From Lachnospiraceae bacterium (GTDB lineage: Bacteria > Bacillota > Clostridia > Lachnospirales > Lachnospiraceae): 49,832 nt of DNA. Under the pieces are notes generated by a model. The model saw only the letters and a program-made list of their open reading frames with translations, made no database searches and had not been told where the DNA came from. The position numbers were made by a program, and so were the translations under genes. The DNA lies in NCBI GenBank assembly GCA_017559435.1, contig JAFYSG010000165.1, forward strand, positions 1-49,832, read 5' to 3'. Of this stretch, positions 9,178 to 18,456 are shown in pieces; within the stretch, counting starts at the first letter, position 1; every line of letters starts with the position of its first letter.

Positions 9178-9456
9178 ATGAAGATAATGGATTTTTTCCG
9201 TAAAAAAGGCTCGGGAGAAATTGCGAAGGATCGTTTGAAATTATTGTTGGTTTCTGACAGAGCCAACTGTTCACCGGAGATTATGGAGATGATCAAGAAT
9301 GATATCATTGCAGTGATCTCCAAGTACATGGATATTGATGCTCAGGGTCTGGATATCCAGATCACTGAGACAGAATCTGAGGGCAGCAACGGTACAGTAC
9401 CGGCATTGTTTGCCAATATTCCCATTAGGGATATGAAGCATAAATCTGCCAGATAA
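9178..9456 (+). CDS. minE: Cell division topological specificity factor MinE
   Basis: AKDRLKLLLVSDR, VISKY, ANIPI. Confidence 0.95.
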   Translation: MKIMDFFRKKGSGEIAKDRLKLLLVSDRANCSPEIMEMIKNDIIAVISKYMDIDAQGLDIQITETESEGSNGTVPALFANIPIRDMKHKSAR

Positions 9457-9499
9457 GAAAGATTTACATAAGAAAGATTTGGATAAGAAAGTGCACATA

Positions 9500-9541
9500 A
9501 AAAATTGCGGTATCGTCATACACGAGACCGCAAATTTTTTA
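9500..9541. terminator. Bidirectional terminator between minE and the XRE gene
   Basis: A run, ttgcggtatcgt/acgagaccgcaa stem, T run. Confidence 0.75.
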
Positions 9542-9579
9542 TGTTCCCAAAGGGAGCAATTATCCCGTTGGCAACATTC

Positions 9580-9903
9580 TCATTTGCCCTTCTTCATCTG
9601 GCGTGCGATATATTCCAGATGCTTGAGCTGTTCCGCATTTAGTTCACGCAGTGCTTCGTTGATGCTGCGCAGTTTTACAGGACAAGGGTTGTTCTCGTCA
9701 AAAAATTCGGTGGGCGTCACGTCGAGATATTCACAGATATAGAAGAAAGCTGCCATGGATGGCAAGGCTTTCTGGTTTTCAATGGAATTAATGTAACCTG
9801 CACTTTGTCCAATGCTGAGGCTCATTTCTCTAGCGGATACGTCTTTTTGATTGCGGAGTGTAGTCAATCGTTGATAGAAAAAATCTTCGTACATTCTTAT
9901 CAC
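9580..9903 (-). CDS. XRE-family helix-turn-helix transcriptional regulator
   Basis: LRNQKDVSAREMSLSIGQSAGYINSIEN...LPS HTH_3 pattern. Confidence 0.88.
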   Translation of the reverse strand: MIRMYEDFFYQRLTTLRNQKDVSAREMSLSIGQSAGYINSIENQKALPSMAAFFYICEYLDVTPTEFFDENNPCPVKLRSINEALRELNAEQLKHLEYIARQMKKGK

Positions 9904-10070
9904 CTCTCTTTTTACATTCTACGATATACATACCCGTAAAATGTTTGATATAATCCGATATTTTTATTGATTTATTGCAAATAATAAGTTATTATGAAAG
10001 TGTAAATTGATGAAAACTAAACTAGAAAACGGTTTGTGAACAGTTTGTGTTTTGTTAGAGGGTTAATGTT

Positions 10071-10541
10071 ATGCGTATAAAAACAAAGAGAGCAAATACG
10101 GTTTGTTGTAGAATTTGGTATCTATTAGGGATCATGGGGATGTTTATAGTGATTTCTGCTATTAGTCATTATATTTTTCCCCACCTGCTTTGCAGGGGAC
10201 AGAAAGAAAATGGCGAAGGAAAGTCATTAATGATTTCAGTAGAAGACGCTGATGAGGCTTTTGAAATCAATTTGGCTGCAAAAAATACTTCTGAAATGTG
10301 TTTTGAACAGTTTCTTGGAGAAAAATTGCAAATCTCCGGGAGAAAAGATGCAGAACATGGATATTTTGAAGGAAAAATTGTGTGGAACGGACAGAAGATT
10401 TGTATAGTAAATTTAGAAGACAATGATTCTGTTGAGCTTAAGGAAGATATTCGTTCATTTATGATCGGTGACTACTATGTTTCGACCAGATATGATACTG
10501 AGAATGAAGAGATGGAATTACTGATATTTTATTGTCCGTGA
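10071..10541 (+). CDS. Hypothetical protein with N-terminal membrane anchor
   Basis: 156-aa AT-rich ORF, single hydrophobic segment, no recognised motif. Confidence 0.55.
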   Translation: MRIKTKRANTVCCRIWYLLGIMGMFIVISAISHYIFPHLLCRGQKENGEGKSLMISVEDADEAFEINLAAKNTSEMCFEQFLGEKLQISGRKDAEHGYFEGKIVWNGQKICIVNLEDNDSVELKEDIRSFMIGDYYVSTRYDTENEEMELLIFYCP

Positions 10542-10619
10542 CAGTTCAATCTGCTTTACATATAATGTGCGAAGTGGTAAAATAGAAATATATTTGCGAG
10601 TATCACAGGGAGGCAAAAA

Positions 10620-10922
10620 ATGGTAAAGCATATTATTTTATGGAATTTAAAAGATGAATATTCACCAAAGCAGAAGGAGCAGATCAAGGTGGAGATTAAA
10701 GAAGCCATTGAGTCATTGCAGGGTAAGGTTCCCGGACTTGTTGATATTAAGGTGCAGATCGATCATTTGGCATCTTCCAATGCAGATCTGATGTTGGATG
10801 CTACATTAGAGAGCGAAGAAGCACTGAAGGGTTATGCAGTGCATCCGGAACATGTAAAGGTGGCCAATGAGAATGTAAGGCCTTATACACAGTCCAGAAG
10901 CTGTCTGGATTTTGAAATCTAG
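10620..10922 (+). CDS. Dabb-family stress-responsive alpha/beta barrel protein
   Basis: MVKHIILW, YAVHPEH, CLDF; GGAGG SD. Confidence 0.88.
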   Translation: MVKHIILWNLKDEYSPKQKEQIKVEIKEAIESLQGKVPGLVDIKVQIDHLASSNADLMLDATLESEEALKGYAVHPEHVKVANENVRPYTQSRSCLDFEI

Positions 10923-10980
10923 CTTGTGCGGTATTCTTTAGACTTACTGAGAAAATATGTATATGTGGGAGGTATTACCA

Positions 10981-11928
10981 ATGATGGAGAACAAGGAAGT
11001 AATGGAAAAGCCGGAAGAAGTGGAGACCATGGCGGATTATTCCAAGGAGCTGGAAGCATCTTTTCGTAAGATCGCGGAAGGGGATATTATTTCGGGTACG
11101 GTGATCGATGTCAGCGAGGACGGTGTGATTCTGGATCTGCGTTATTATGCGCAGGGATTGGTGAAGGCGGATGAGATGAGCGATGCGCCCGGCTTTTCTA
11201 TTCTGAGAGATGTAGCAGTGGGAGATACGGTTGAGGCAACGGTGATCAAGCTGGACGATGGCCAGGGGAATATCCTGCTTTCCAGAAAGTCTGCCAATAA
11301 TGTGTTGGCATGGGATAAGCTGAAGGTATATCTGGAGGAGAAGACAGACCTGGAAGTGAAGGTAGGCGGTATTACCAATGGTGGTGTGATCTGTTATGTG
11401 GAAGATATTAGAGGATTTATTCCGGCTTCCCAATTGTCGCTGGATTATGTAGAAGATGCCAATGTATTCTTGGGGAAAACGTTAAAGGTCAGAGTGATCA
11501 CTGTGGATAAAGAGAAGAAGAAACTGGTACTGTCTGCCAAGGTGGTTCTGAAGGAGGAGGCAGAGAAGGAGCATGCCCGTAAGATTGCTATGGTGGTTCC
11601 CGGCAGTGTACTGGAAGGTACTGTAGAAAGTCTGATGCCTTATGGTGCTTTCATCAATCTGGGTAACGGATTAAGCGGATTAGTACATATCTCTCAGATC
11701 AGCCAGAAGAGGATCAAGAAGCCTTCTGAGGTATTGTCTGTAGGAGATCAGGTGAAAGCAAAAGTGTTGAATACCAATGATGGCAAGATTTCTTTGAGTC
11801 TGAAGGCATTGCAGGAAGTGGAGAAGGAAGAGAAGGCTGATACCATCGAAGAGTTCCATTATGAGTCTGATGGTGAAGCTACCACCAGCCTGGGCAGTCT
11901 GTTTGCCAGTATTAACCTGAATCTGTAA
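10981..11928 (+). CDS. S1 RNA-binding domain protein (ribosomal protein S1-like, three S1 repeats)
   Basis: Three S1 repeats (GFIPASQL, GLVHISQIS); GGAGGT SD before 10981. Confidence 0.88.
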   Translation: MMENKEVMEKPEEVETMADYSKELEASFRKIAEGDIISGTVIDVSEDGVILDLRYYAQGLVKADEMSDAPGFSILRDVAVGDTVEATVIKLDDGQGNILLSRKSANNVLAWDKLKVYLEEKTDLEVKVGGITNGGVICYVEDIRGFIPASQLSLDYVEDANVFLGKTLKVRVITVDKEKKKLVLSAKVVLKEEAEKEHARKIAMVVPGSVLEGTVESLMPYGAFINLGNGLSGLVHISQISQKRIKKPSEVLSVGDQVKAKVLNTNDGKISLSLKALQEVEKEEKADTIEEFHYESDGEATTSLGSLFASINLNL

Positions 11929-12005
11929 GACCGGTTATTTGCCGCTGATCTGTGGGTCAAAGATCATATTGAGAAGACGCTTGCTGAGAACGAGACCTAA
12001 AGAAT

Positions 12006-12051
12006 AGGCTGCTCATCACGGTAGAAACACTGTGATGGCCAGCCTTTATTT
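12006..12051. terminator. Terminator between convergent S1 gene and aroA
   Basis: aggctg..catcacgg/ctgtgatg..cagcct followed by ttattt. Confidence 0.6.
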
Positions 12052-12066
12052 AGCGATATTGAAGAC

Positions 12067-13374
12067 CTACAATTGCTTAACAACCTGATCCAGTACTGTA
12101 AAGTAATTTTCGAAGGTCTTGCGACAACATCCCGGATTGTCGATCACAATACCCGGTGCACGAAGCCCTATGAGGGAAAAACCCATAGCCATGCGATGAT
12201 CATCGTAGGTATCCACAGTGGTGGGTTTGGGTTTGCCGGGATAAATCGTCAGGTTGTGCTCCGTTTCCCGGCACAGGATACCCATTTTTCCCAGCTCTGT
12301 CACAATGGCACCCATACGGTTACTTTCCTGATGGCGGATGTGGCCAATGCCACGGATGGTGGTAGGTGTATCTGCAAATGGCGCAATGGCAGCCAAAGTG
12401 ATGGCCTGATCGGAACATGCAGACATATTCACGTCCACCCCGCGGATGCGACCGTCAGCAGGTGGTGTCACCAGGATGCCCCGGTGAGTATCAACAGCAT
12501 TGCATCCGATTTGCTCCAAAATACGGATAAATTCCACATCACCCTGAAGGGAGTCAAAGTGTACATTTTCTACCATAACCGGTATGTTTAAAAGCGGTGC
12601 CATGGCATAAAAGTAGCAGGCAGCCGATACATCCGGTTCGATCTGATAGTCCCTGGCCTGATAATGCTGACCACATGTTACAAGAAAAGAGTCTGACGAG
12701 GGATGAGCAGTCTGTACACCGAATTGTGCCATCATGGCTTCTGTCATCTTGATATAAGCCATACCATGGGTCCCTTCTACCTGAATCCTCATATCCTTTT
12801 TGCAAAGACACGCGGCAATCAGTAGAGCACTAAGAAACTGGCTGCTGTGATCAATATTAATCGTAATCCTGTTCTTGTTAAAACCGTTGCCTTTGATGGT
12901 GAAAGGAAAATACCCCTCTGCGCCTTCATAGAGTATTTCACAGCCCAATTCTTCAAGAGAATCCAGAAGCGGTTTCATAGGACGTCTGCGCATCTGCTCT
13001 GAAGAATCCATATGATAAGTGCCGTGACAGATTCCTAAGTAAGCTGTGAGAAAACGGGCAGCTGTACCGGCACTGCCTACATACTGGGAAGCTTCAGATT
13101 TCGGAACATCACCGCCGTGACCATTTACAGTGATCAGGCAAGATGCTTCGTCCACTGTGGTCTCAAAGCCCAGATCCTGAATACACTTTAGAAAATGTCT
13201 GGAATCGTCGCTAAACAACACACCACGAAGAGTGGATACACCTTTAGCCAAAGTAGCCAAAAGCAGTGCTCGATTGGTAATACTCTTAGAACCGGGAACT
13301 TGGACAGTCAGCGGCTCAGAGAGCAATTTATGACAAGGATAAATACATGGTACGGAATATGTTGTAGGATTCAT
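12067..13374 (-). CDS. aroA: 3-phosphoshikimate 1-carboxyvinyltransferase
   Basis: PGSKSITNR, SAGTAARF, SSQFLS, ESNR, DDHRMAM. Confidence 0.96.
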   Translation of the reverse strand: MNPTTYSVPCIYPCHKLLSEPLTVQVPGSKSITNRALLLATLAKGVSTLRGVLFSDDSRHFLKCIQDLGFETTVDEASCLITVNGHGGDVPKSEASQYVGSAGTAARFLTAYLGICHGTYHMDSSEQMRRRPMKPLLDSLEELGCEILYEGAEGYFPFTIKGNGFNKNRITINIDHSSQFLSALLIAACLCKKDMRIQVEGTHGMAYIKMTEAMMAQFGVQTAHPSSDSFLVTCGQHYQARDYQIEPDVSAACYFYAMAPLLNIPVMVENVHFDSLQGDVEFIRILEQIGCNAVDTHRGILVTPPADGRIRGVDVNMSACSDQAITLAAIAPFADTPTTIRGIGHIRHQESNRMGAIVTELGKMGILCRETEHNLTIYPGKPKPTTVDTYDDHRMAMGFSLIGLRAPGIVIDNPGCCRKTFENYFTVLDQVVKQL

Positions 13375-13466
13375 AGTAAACTCCTGTTCTTTTATTTTGA
13401 AAGGAAACTTATATCTATCCTAGCAGAAAATTCCCTATATCGCAACAAGAATTTTTGCTGATGTTA

Positions 13467-13529
13467 TTGACAGCCATCTGAGGAGAGAGTATATTATATA
13501 TATAAATCCTATGAACATACTAGGAATTA
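13467..13529 (+). promoter_or_regulatory. cysK promoter with probable Rrf2 (IscR/CymR-type) operator
   Basis: TTGACA(13467)-17-TATATT(13490); imperfect palindrome aatcctatgaacatactaggaatt downstream. Confidence 0.6.
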
Positions 13530-13578
13530 AAAAGTAAACTAAAAATTGCGATCAATAATGAGAAAGGAACCTGACAAT

Positions 13579-14517
13579 ATGAGCAGAATTTATACAAAGG
13601 CAACACAACTGATCGGTCACACCCCATTACTCAAGGTAGAGAATTACATGGCTGCCCACGGAATTACCCGGGCCCGGATTCTGGCGAAGCTGGAGTATCT
13701 GAATCCGGCCGGCAGTGTAAAAGACAGAGTGGCTCTGGCTATGGTAGAGGATGCAGAGAAAAAAGGCATTTTAAAACCGGGCGCTACCATCATCGAGCCC
13801 ACCTCCGGCAATACCGGCATCGGCCTGGCAAGTGTGGCGGCGGCCAAGGGATACCGCACGATCCTGACACTTCCTGATACCATGAGCATGGAGCGCCGGA
13901 CACTTCTGAAAGCTTACGGCGCAGAATTGGTACTCACAGAAGGTGCTCTTGGCATGAAAGGTGCCATAGATAAAGCAGAAGAGCTGGAACGAACCATACC
14001 GGGCGCTGTGATTCTGGGACAATTTGATAACCCCGCCAATCCTGCAGCTCATACAGCCACCACCGGTCCTGAAATCTGGGAAGATACGGAGGGAGACATT
14101 GATATATTTGTGGCCGGTGTAGGTACCGGTGGCACTATCACAGGAATTGGCACTTATCTGAAATTCAGAAATCCGAGCATTCAGGTGGTTGCAGTGGAAC
14201 CGGATGATTCACCACTATTGTCCGCTGGCCAGGCGGGACCTCACAAGTTACAGGGAATCGGTGCCAATTTTGTACCTTCCATTCTAAATACACAGGTTTA
14301 TGATGAGGTGATACGAATTACCACCCAAGAAGCTTACAGCGCCGGCAGAGACATTGCCAGAAGCGAAGGCATCCTGGTAGGAATTACTTCCGGTGCAGCC
14401 CTGCATGCGGCAGTGAAACTGGCAAAACGCCCTGAAAATGCAGGCAAGACAATCGTAGTATTACTACCCGATTCCGGCGACAGATATTTGTCCACGCCCA
14501 TGTTTGCCGAAGACTAG
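13579..14517 (+). CDS. cysK: Cysteine synthase A
   Basis: NPAGSVKDR, EPTSGNTGIG, GVGTGGT, LQGIG; AAGGA SD before ATG 13579. Confidence 0.96.
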   Translation: MSRIYTKATQLIGHTPLLKVENYMAAHGITRARILAKLEYLNPAGSVKDRVALAMVEDAEKKGILKPGATIIEPTSGNTGIGLASVAAAKGYRTILTLPDTMSMERRTLLKAYGAELVLTEGALGMKGAIDKAEELERTIPGAVILGQFDNPANPAAHTATTGPEIWEDTEGDIDIFVAGVGTGGTITGIGTYLKFRNPSIQVVAVEPDDSPLLSAGQAGPHKLQGIGANFVPSILNTQVYDEVIRITTQEAYSAGRDIARSEGILVGITSGAALHAAVKLAKRPENAGKTIVVLLPDSGDRYLSTPMFAED

Positions 14518-14553
14518 GACAATTTAATTCAAAGTGCAAAGGAGTAGGGGTGC

Positions 14554-14973
14554 ATGAAAATATCAACAAAAGGAAGATATGCAGTCAGGCTGATGCTGGA
14601 TCTGGCTCAGAATGATAAGGGTGAGTGCATTAAAGTAAAGGACATTGCCACCAGACAGGGCATTTCTGAGAAGTATCTGGAACAGATCATTGCAATCCTG
14701 AATAAAGCCGGTTTTGTCAAAAGTGTCCGTGGAGCCCAGGGCGGCTATCGTCTTACAAAGGATCCCAAAGAGTATACTGTCGGCATGATCCTTCGGTTAA
14801 CTGAAGGCAGCCTTGCCCCTGTGGCTTGTCTTGAAGAAAACCATAGCGAATGCCGGCGCTGCGACACTTGCGAGACCTTGGGTGTCTGGAGAGAACTGCA
14901 GAAAGCCATCGATCAGGTGGTAGATGGCATTACAGTGGCAGATTTACTGGAAAAAAGCAAGCAGCGGTCATAA
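14554..14973 (+). CDS. Rrf2-family transcriptional regulator (IscR/CymR-like)
   Basis: MKISTKGRY, SVRGAQGGY, C-terminal Cys cluster. Confidence 0.92.
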   Translation: MKISTKGRYAVRLMLDLAQNDKGECIKVKDIATRQGISEKYLEQIIAILNKAGFVKSVRGAQGGYRLTKDPKEYTVGMILRLTEGSLAPVACLEENHSECRRCDTCETLGVWRELQKAIDQVVDGITVADLLEKSKQRS

Positions 14974-14993
14974 AGTCTGGGAATCACAAATGA

Positions 14994-15021
14994 CGGGGAT
15001 GGATCAATTACCATCCCCGTT
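14994..15021. terminator. Hairpin between convergent genes
   Basis: acggggatgg/ccatccccgt, overlapping the stop of the minus-strand gene. Confidence 0.6.
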
Positions 15022-16176
15022 CCCATAGATACTTAACACATTATCAAGATACAAAGTGTCAATGAGTTCTTTACGACTTTGATTGGTGTGGACACTTGAA
15101 ATGGTATCCTCAACATTACTGCGTATTCTACGATACAACAAAATCTTTCCACAGCCATTTCCACCGGCCAAAACCTCATCAGGTTGTTGCCCCGTAGGAT
15201 CTTCATAATGTAATCCCATCATTTCCCAAAGGGAGCTACTCAGTGTTACTTTGATCAATGCATCCTTATTCTGTGCCACAATCTGCCAGATCAACCGCTT
15301 ATTGGTCCTTTTTACATTCCACTTACACTGCCTGCTAAAAGGGGAAAAGTTAAATTCAAAATCCTCTCCTTCATAGGTAAGCTGCAACAACAGTTTCTGT
15401 TTCAACCGAAACCAAAGGAATCTGGAGTGACACCCGTCAACAGCAAAGGCAGAGTGCTTCAACTCTCTGCCGGTGCGCTCGCTGGTCAAATGGCTGGAAG
15501 ATAGCTGTAGCCAGGGTGACGGGAAACTGCTTCCCCAATGCTTGTCCGCATAACCATAGCTTTCTTTAGGAGTCACTTCATAAGTGATCCCATCAAGGGT
15601 GATCGTTCCCTGATACTGAGCCTTGATTCCTTCTCCATGCCAGAAGGTTTCCAAGGCATTGGCTGCACTGCGAAAGACATCTGCCAGATGCCCGGTGTGA
15701 CAGGCAATGGACTTGCGGATCTTCAAATCCCACTCCATACATCCTTCATCCGTCATATTAATTTTTCGTCTGGCATCTTTATGAGACACATTCACACAGC
15801 CAAAGATATATTGTTCACTGTAAAAATTCTCTCCAAACTGAAGCACAAAAGGATTCAAAGCCACCTTAAGCTCCGTCAGAGGATAAAACTGATGTAGCTG
15901 TATAGCCGGTGTCCCCCCATCTCCCGGGAATGCTCCAACCTTCATCATCAGATAAGAAGGACGGATGCCTTTCTTGCGGTTGGACGGCAGCTGTCCCAGA
16001 ATGGGTTTGCTGCCTCCCAGAGATGGATTCATGATCAGATACTCTATAAAAAATACCCTGTGTTCCCCTGTCTCAGGCTGCGTGGCACTGAAAGAATGGA
16101 ACCAACGCATATAGCCCTTCTTTGAAAGGGAACCACAGAGTAGATATGCATTTCTGGACAAATCAGAGATATTCAT
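15004..16176 (-). CDS. Tocopherol-cyclase-like protein
   Basis: RWFHSF, FFIEY, FWHGEG, YGYADKHWGSSFP..WLQL pattern typical of this fold family. Confidence 0.7.
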   Translation of the reverse strand: MNISDLSRNAYLLCGSLSKKGYMRWFHSFSATQPETGEHRVFFIEYLIMNPSLGGSKPILGQLPSNRKKGIRPSYLMMKVGAFPGDGGTPAIQLHQFYPLTELKVALNPFVLQFGENFYSEQYIFGCVNVSHKDARRKINMTDEGCMEWDLKIRKSIACHTGHLADVFRSAANALETFWHGEGIKAQYQGTITLDGITYEVTPKESYGYADKHWGSSFPSPWLQLSSSHLTSERTGRELKHSAFAVDGCHSRFLWFRLKQKLLLQLTYEGEDFEFNFSPFSRQCKWNVKRTNKRLIWQIVAQNKDALIKVTLSSSLWEMMGLHYEDPTGQQPDEVLAGGNGCGKILLYRRIRSNVEDTISSVHTNQSRKELIDTLYLDNVLSIYGNGDGN

Positions 16177-16262
16177 TGGTATTAGCCCTCTTGCTTACGA
16201 ATGCTAGATATCGTGTCTACCTCTTTATTATAATACTATATGTAGGAAAAAACAATAGGAAA

Positions 16263-18164
16263 TTAAATTTTCAATTTAACCACTCGCCGGTCATAACTCA
16301 CCACTCCATTGACTTCTTCCTCAATATCTGAAAGCTGTGTATACACCCCGCCGCTAAGCCCTGCCTTTCCCAAGGGTATCAGCTGCCGGGTGATCAGTTT
16401 ATCATAAGCTTCTTGTAATTCTTGGCAGTTATCATATTTCTGATACCCATATATGCGGTCCACACTGGAGTGGCCGGGGATATGGCAGGCGTACCCGCCA
16501 TATTCAGAGATGACGCAGGCTCTGTCACTTTCCGGTTCTGCCTTCAGGCGGCGGAAGTAGTTATGGATACTTCGGAAATCACCGCATCCCTGGTCAAACC
16601 ACCCACTGGTGGCGTCCACAGGACGGGTAGGATCCTCTTTTTTTACCAGTTCACAGACTTTTGCAGCATCAAATTGTCCCCAGGCTTCATTAAAAGGAAC
16701 CCACACAGCCAGGGAAGGCACATTGTACAGGTGCCTGATAGTTTCTGCACATTCTGTCAGCCATTCTTCCCGACCTTCTTTGTCCGACCGGCCTAAGAAG
16801 CGGTAGTGATGATCCGCCAGATGGCGGCCGGCCCAAGGCAGCAGAGTGGGAAGGTAGCACACATAAGGCATGTTGTAATGGGTGCCGCCGTTTACCATGT
16901 CCTGCCACACGATCATGCCCAGGCGGTCGCAGTGATAGTACCACCGCAGGGGTTCTATCTTGATGTGCTTGCGGAGCATGTTAAAGCCTAAGCGTTTGGC
17001 AAGCTTGATGTCATATACAAAGGCTTCGTCGCAGGGGGCTGTCATAAGGCCGTCAGGCCAGTAGCCCTGGTCCAGTAGCCCGTGGAGGAAGACTGGTTTG
17101 TGGTTCAAGCAGAACCGGGCAATGCCCTGATCGTCTTTTTCCACAGTGAAGATTCGCATGGCAAAATAGCTGTGGAGAAGGTCCTCATCTGCCTGAATTT
17201 GTAGTGGATAAAGATGTGGGGTGTCAGGGGTCCAGGGGCAGAAATCTGTTGTTTCGGGCAATCCAAATATTAGCTTTGTAATGTGATATGGTGATTTCGG
17301 GGCTGCTTGGGGGACTGTGGTTGAGTTGGCCTCTGTGGCAGCACAAATGTTTTCTGGGCGGAAGGACAGAATGGGATAAGATATGCCCTTATCGTCCGTA
17401 AGCTTGATATTTGTAAAAGGTTGTGTACTTGTAAGTCGTAGTTCACAGGTTCTTTGGTCGTAATTGGGAGTAATGTGCATGGTGTCGACATAATGATCCG
17501 GCACCCACTCATACCACACGCTTTGCCAGACGCCGCTTTGTGCAGTGTAAAACATGCCGCCACGTTTTAGGGTTTGTTTGCCGCGAGCGTGGTAGGAGGT
17601 GTCGCTGACGTCGCGGACTCGTACCTGAATCAGGAATGTCAGGTTGGCGTAAGTGATGTCTGTATCAGTCCCCATTTCCGAATGTTTTGTGAACGTTATG
17701 GGCAGTTCCACGCTAAAGGGAAGATATCCGCCCATATGGTAAGCTGCATGCACACCATTTATGTACACATCCGCCTCTTGGTCTACTGCATCAAAATGAA
17801 GCAGGCAGCGGGAAAGTGGTGTGTCCGGCTTTTCCAAAGTGATGAGACGTTGGTACCATAAGTATTCGTCCGGTTTCAGCTGCCTGTTCACGCCGGAGAG
17901 CAGACTTTCCGGGGAAAAGGGCACCAGAATTTCACCCTCAGGGTCAAAGGGAGCACCGGGAATGATTGGGGTATCAATTTTGGTAAAGAGATATTCCCAG
18001 TAACCGTTCAGTGTCTGATAATGATTTCTGCGCATCTGTGGCCTGGGATATTCCGCCCATACATGTTCAGGGTTAAGGTGTTCACCCCAAGGTGTGTAGA
18101 GGATGTTAAGTTTATCTTCTTCATGGGATTTACTGATATTTTCAAGGGCATTCTTTAATTTCAT
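16263..18164 (-). CDS. Glycoside hydrolase family 2
   Basis: EYPRPQ, VPFSPES, LDQGYWPDG, GFNMLRKHIK, WVPFNEAWGQ, ISEYGG, YTQLSDIEEE. Confidence 0.92.
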   Translation of the reverse strand: MKLKNALENISKSHEEDKLNILYTPWGEHLNPEHVWAEYPRPQMRRNHYQTLNGYWEYLFTKIDTPIIPGAPFDPEGEILVPFSPESLLSGVNRQLKPDEYLWYQRLITLEKPDTPLSRCLLHFDAVDQEADVYINGVHAAYHMGGYLPFSVELPITFTKHSEMGTDTDITYANLTFLIQVRVRDVSDTSYHARGKQTLKRGGMFYTAQSGVWQSVWYEWVPDHYVDTMHITPNYDQRTCELRLTSTQPFTNIKLTDDKGISYPILSFRPENICAATEANSTTVPQAAPKSPYHITKLIFGLPETTDFCPWTPDTPHLYPLQIQADEDLLHSYFAMRIFTVEKDDQGIARFCLNHKPVFLHGLLDQGYWPDGLMTAPCDEAFVYDIKLAKRLGFNMLRKHIKIEPLRWYYHCDRLGMIVWQDMVNGGTHYNMPYVCYLPTLLPWAGRHLADHHYRFLGRSDKEGREEWLTECAETIRHLYNVPSLAVWVPFNEAWGQFDAAKVCELVKKEDPTRPVDATSGWFDQGCGDFRSIHNYFRRLKAEPESDRACVISEYGGYACHIPGHSSVDRIYGYQKYDNCQELQEAYDKLITRQLIPLGKAGLSGGVYTQLSDIEEEVNGVVSYDRRVVKLKI

Positions 18165-18456
18165 TATAGTACCTTTCTGTGCTATTGTGTGTTACGAAGT
18201 GCGCTTATCTATAGCATAACAGAAAAACATAAAAAAGGAAAGCAAAACAGGACATGATTTCTCATGCCCTGTAAATATAAGAGGGGGGAGTTGAAAAGTT
18301 ATTTATGAAAAGGTACTTAAGGAGTTCCTTTTCATGTATTTAGAATAGCAGGAGAATGTGTCCAAAGTGTGTACATCTGCTAAAGGTTTCATAAAAAAAG
18401 AATTAATAGTTGATAAGAATTACAAATCCTTTTATAATATCTGTGGAGGAAAGTTT

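Noticed and set aside
9453-9491. Tandem 15-bp repeats as a CRISPR-like array
   Set aside because: Under three copies, no spacers, no cas genes
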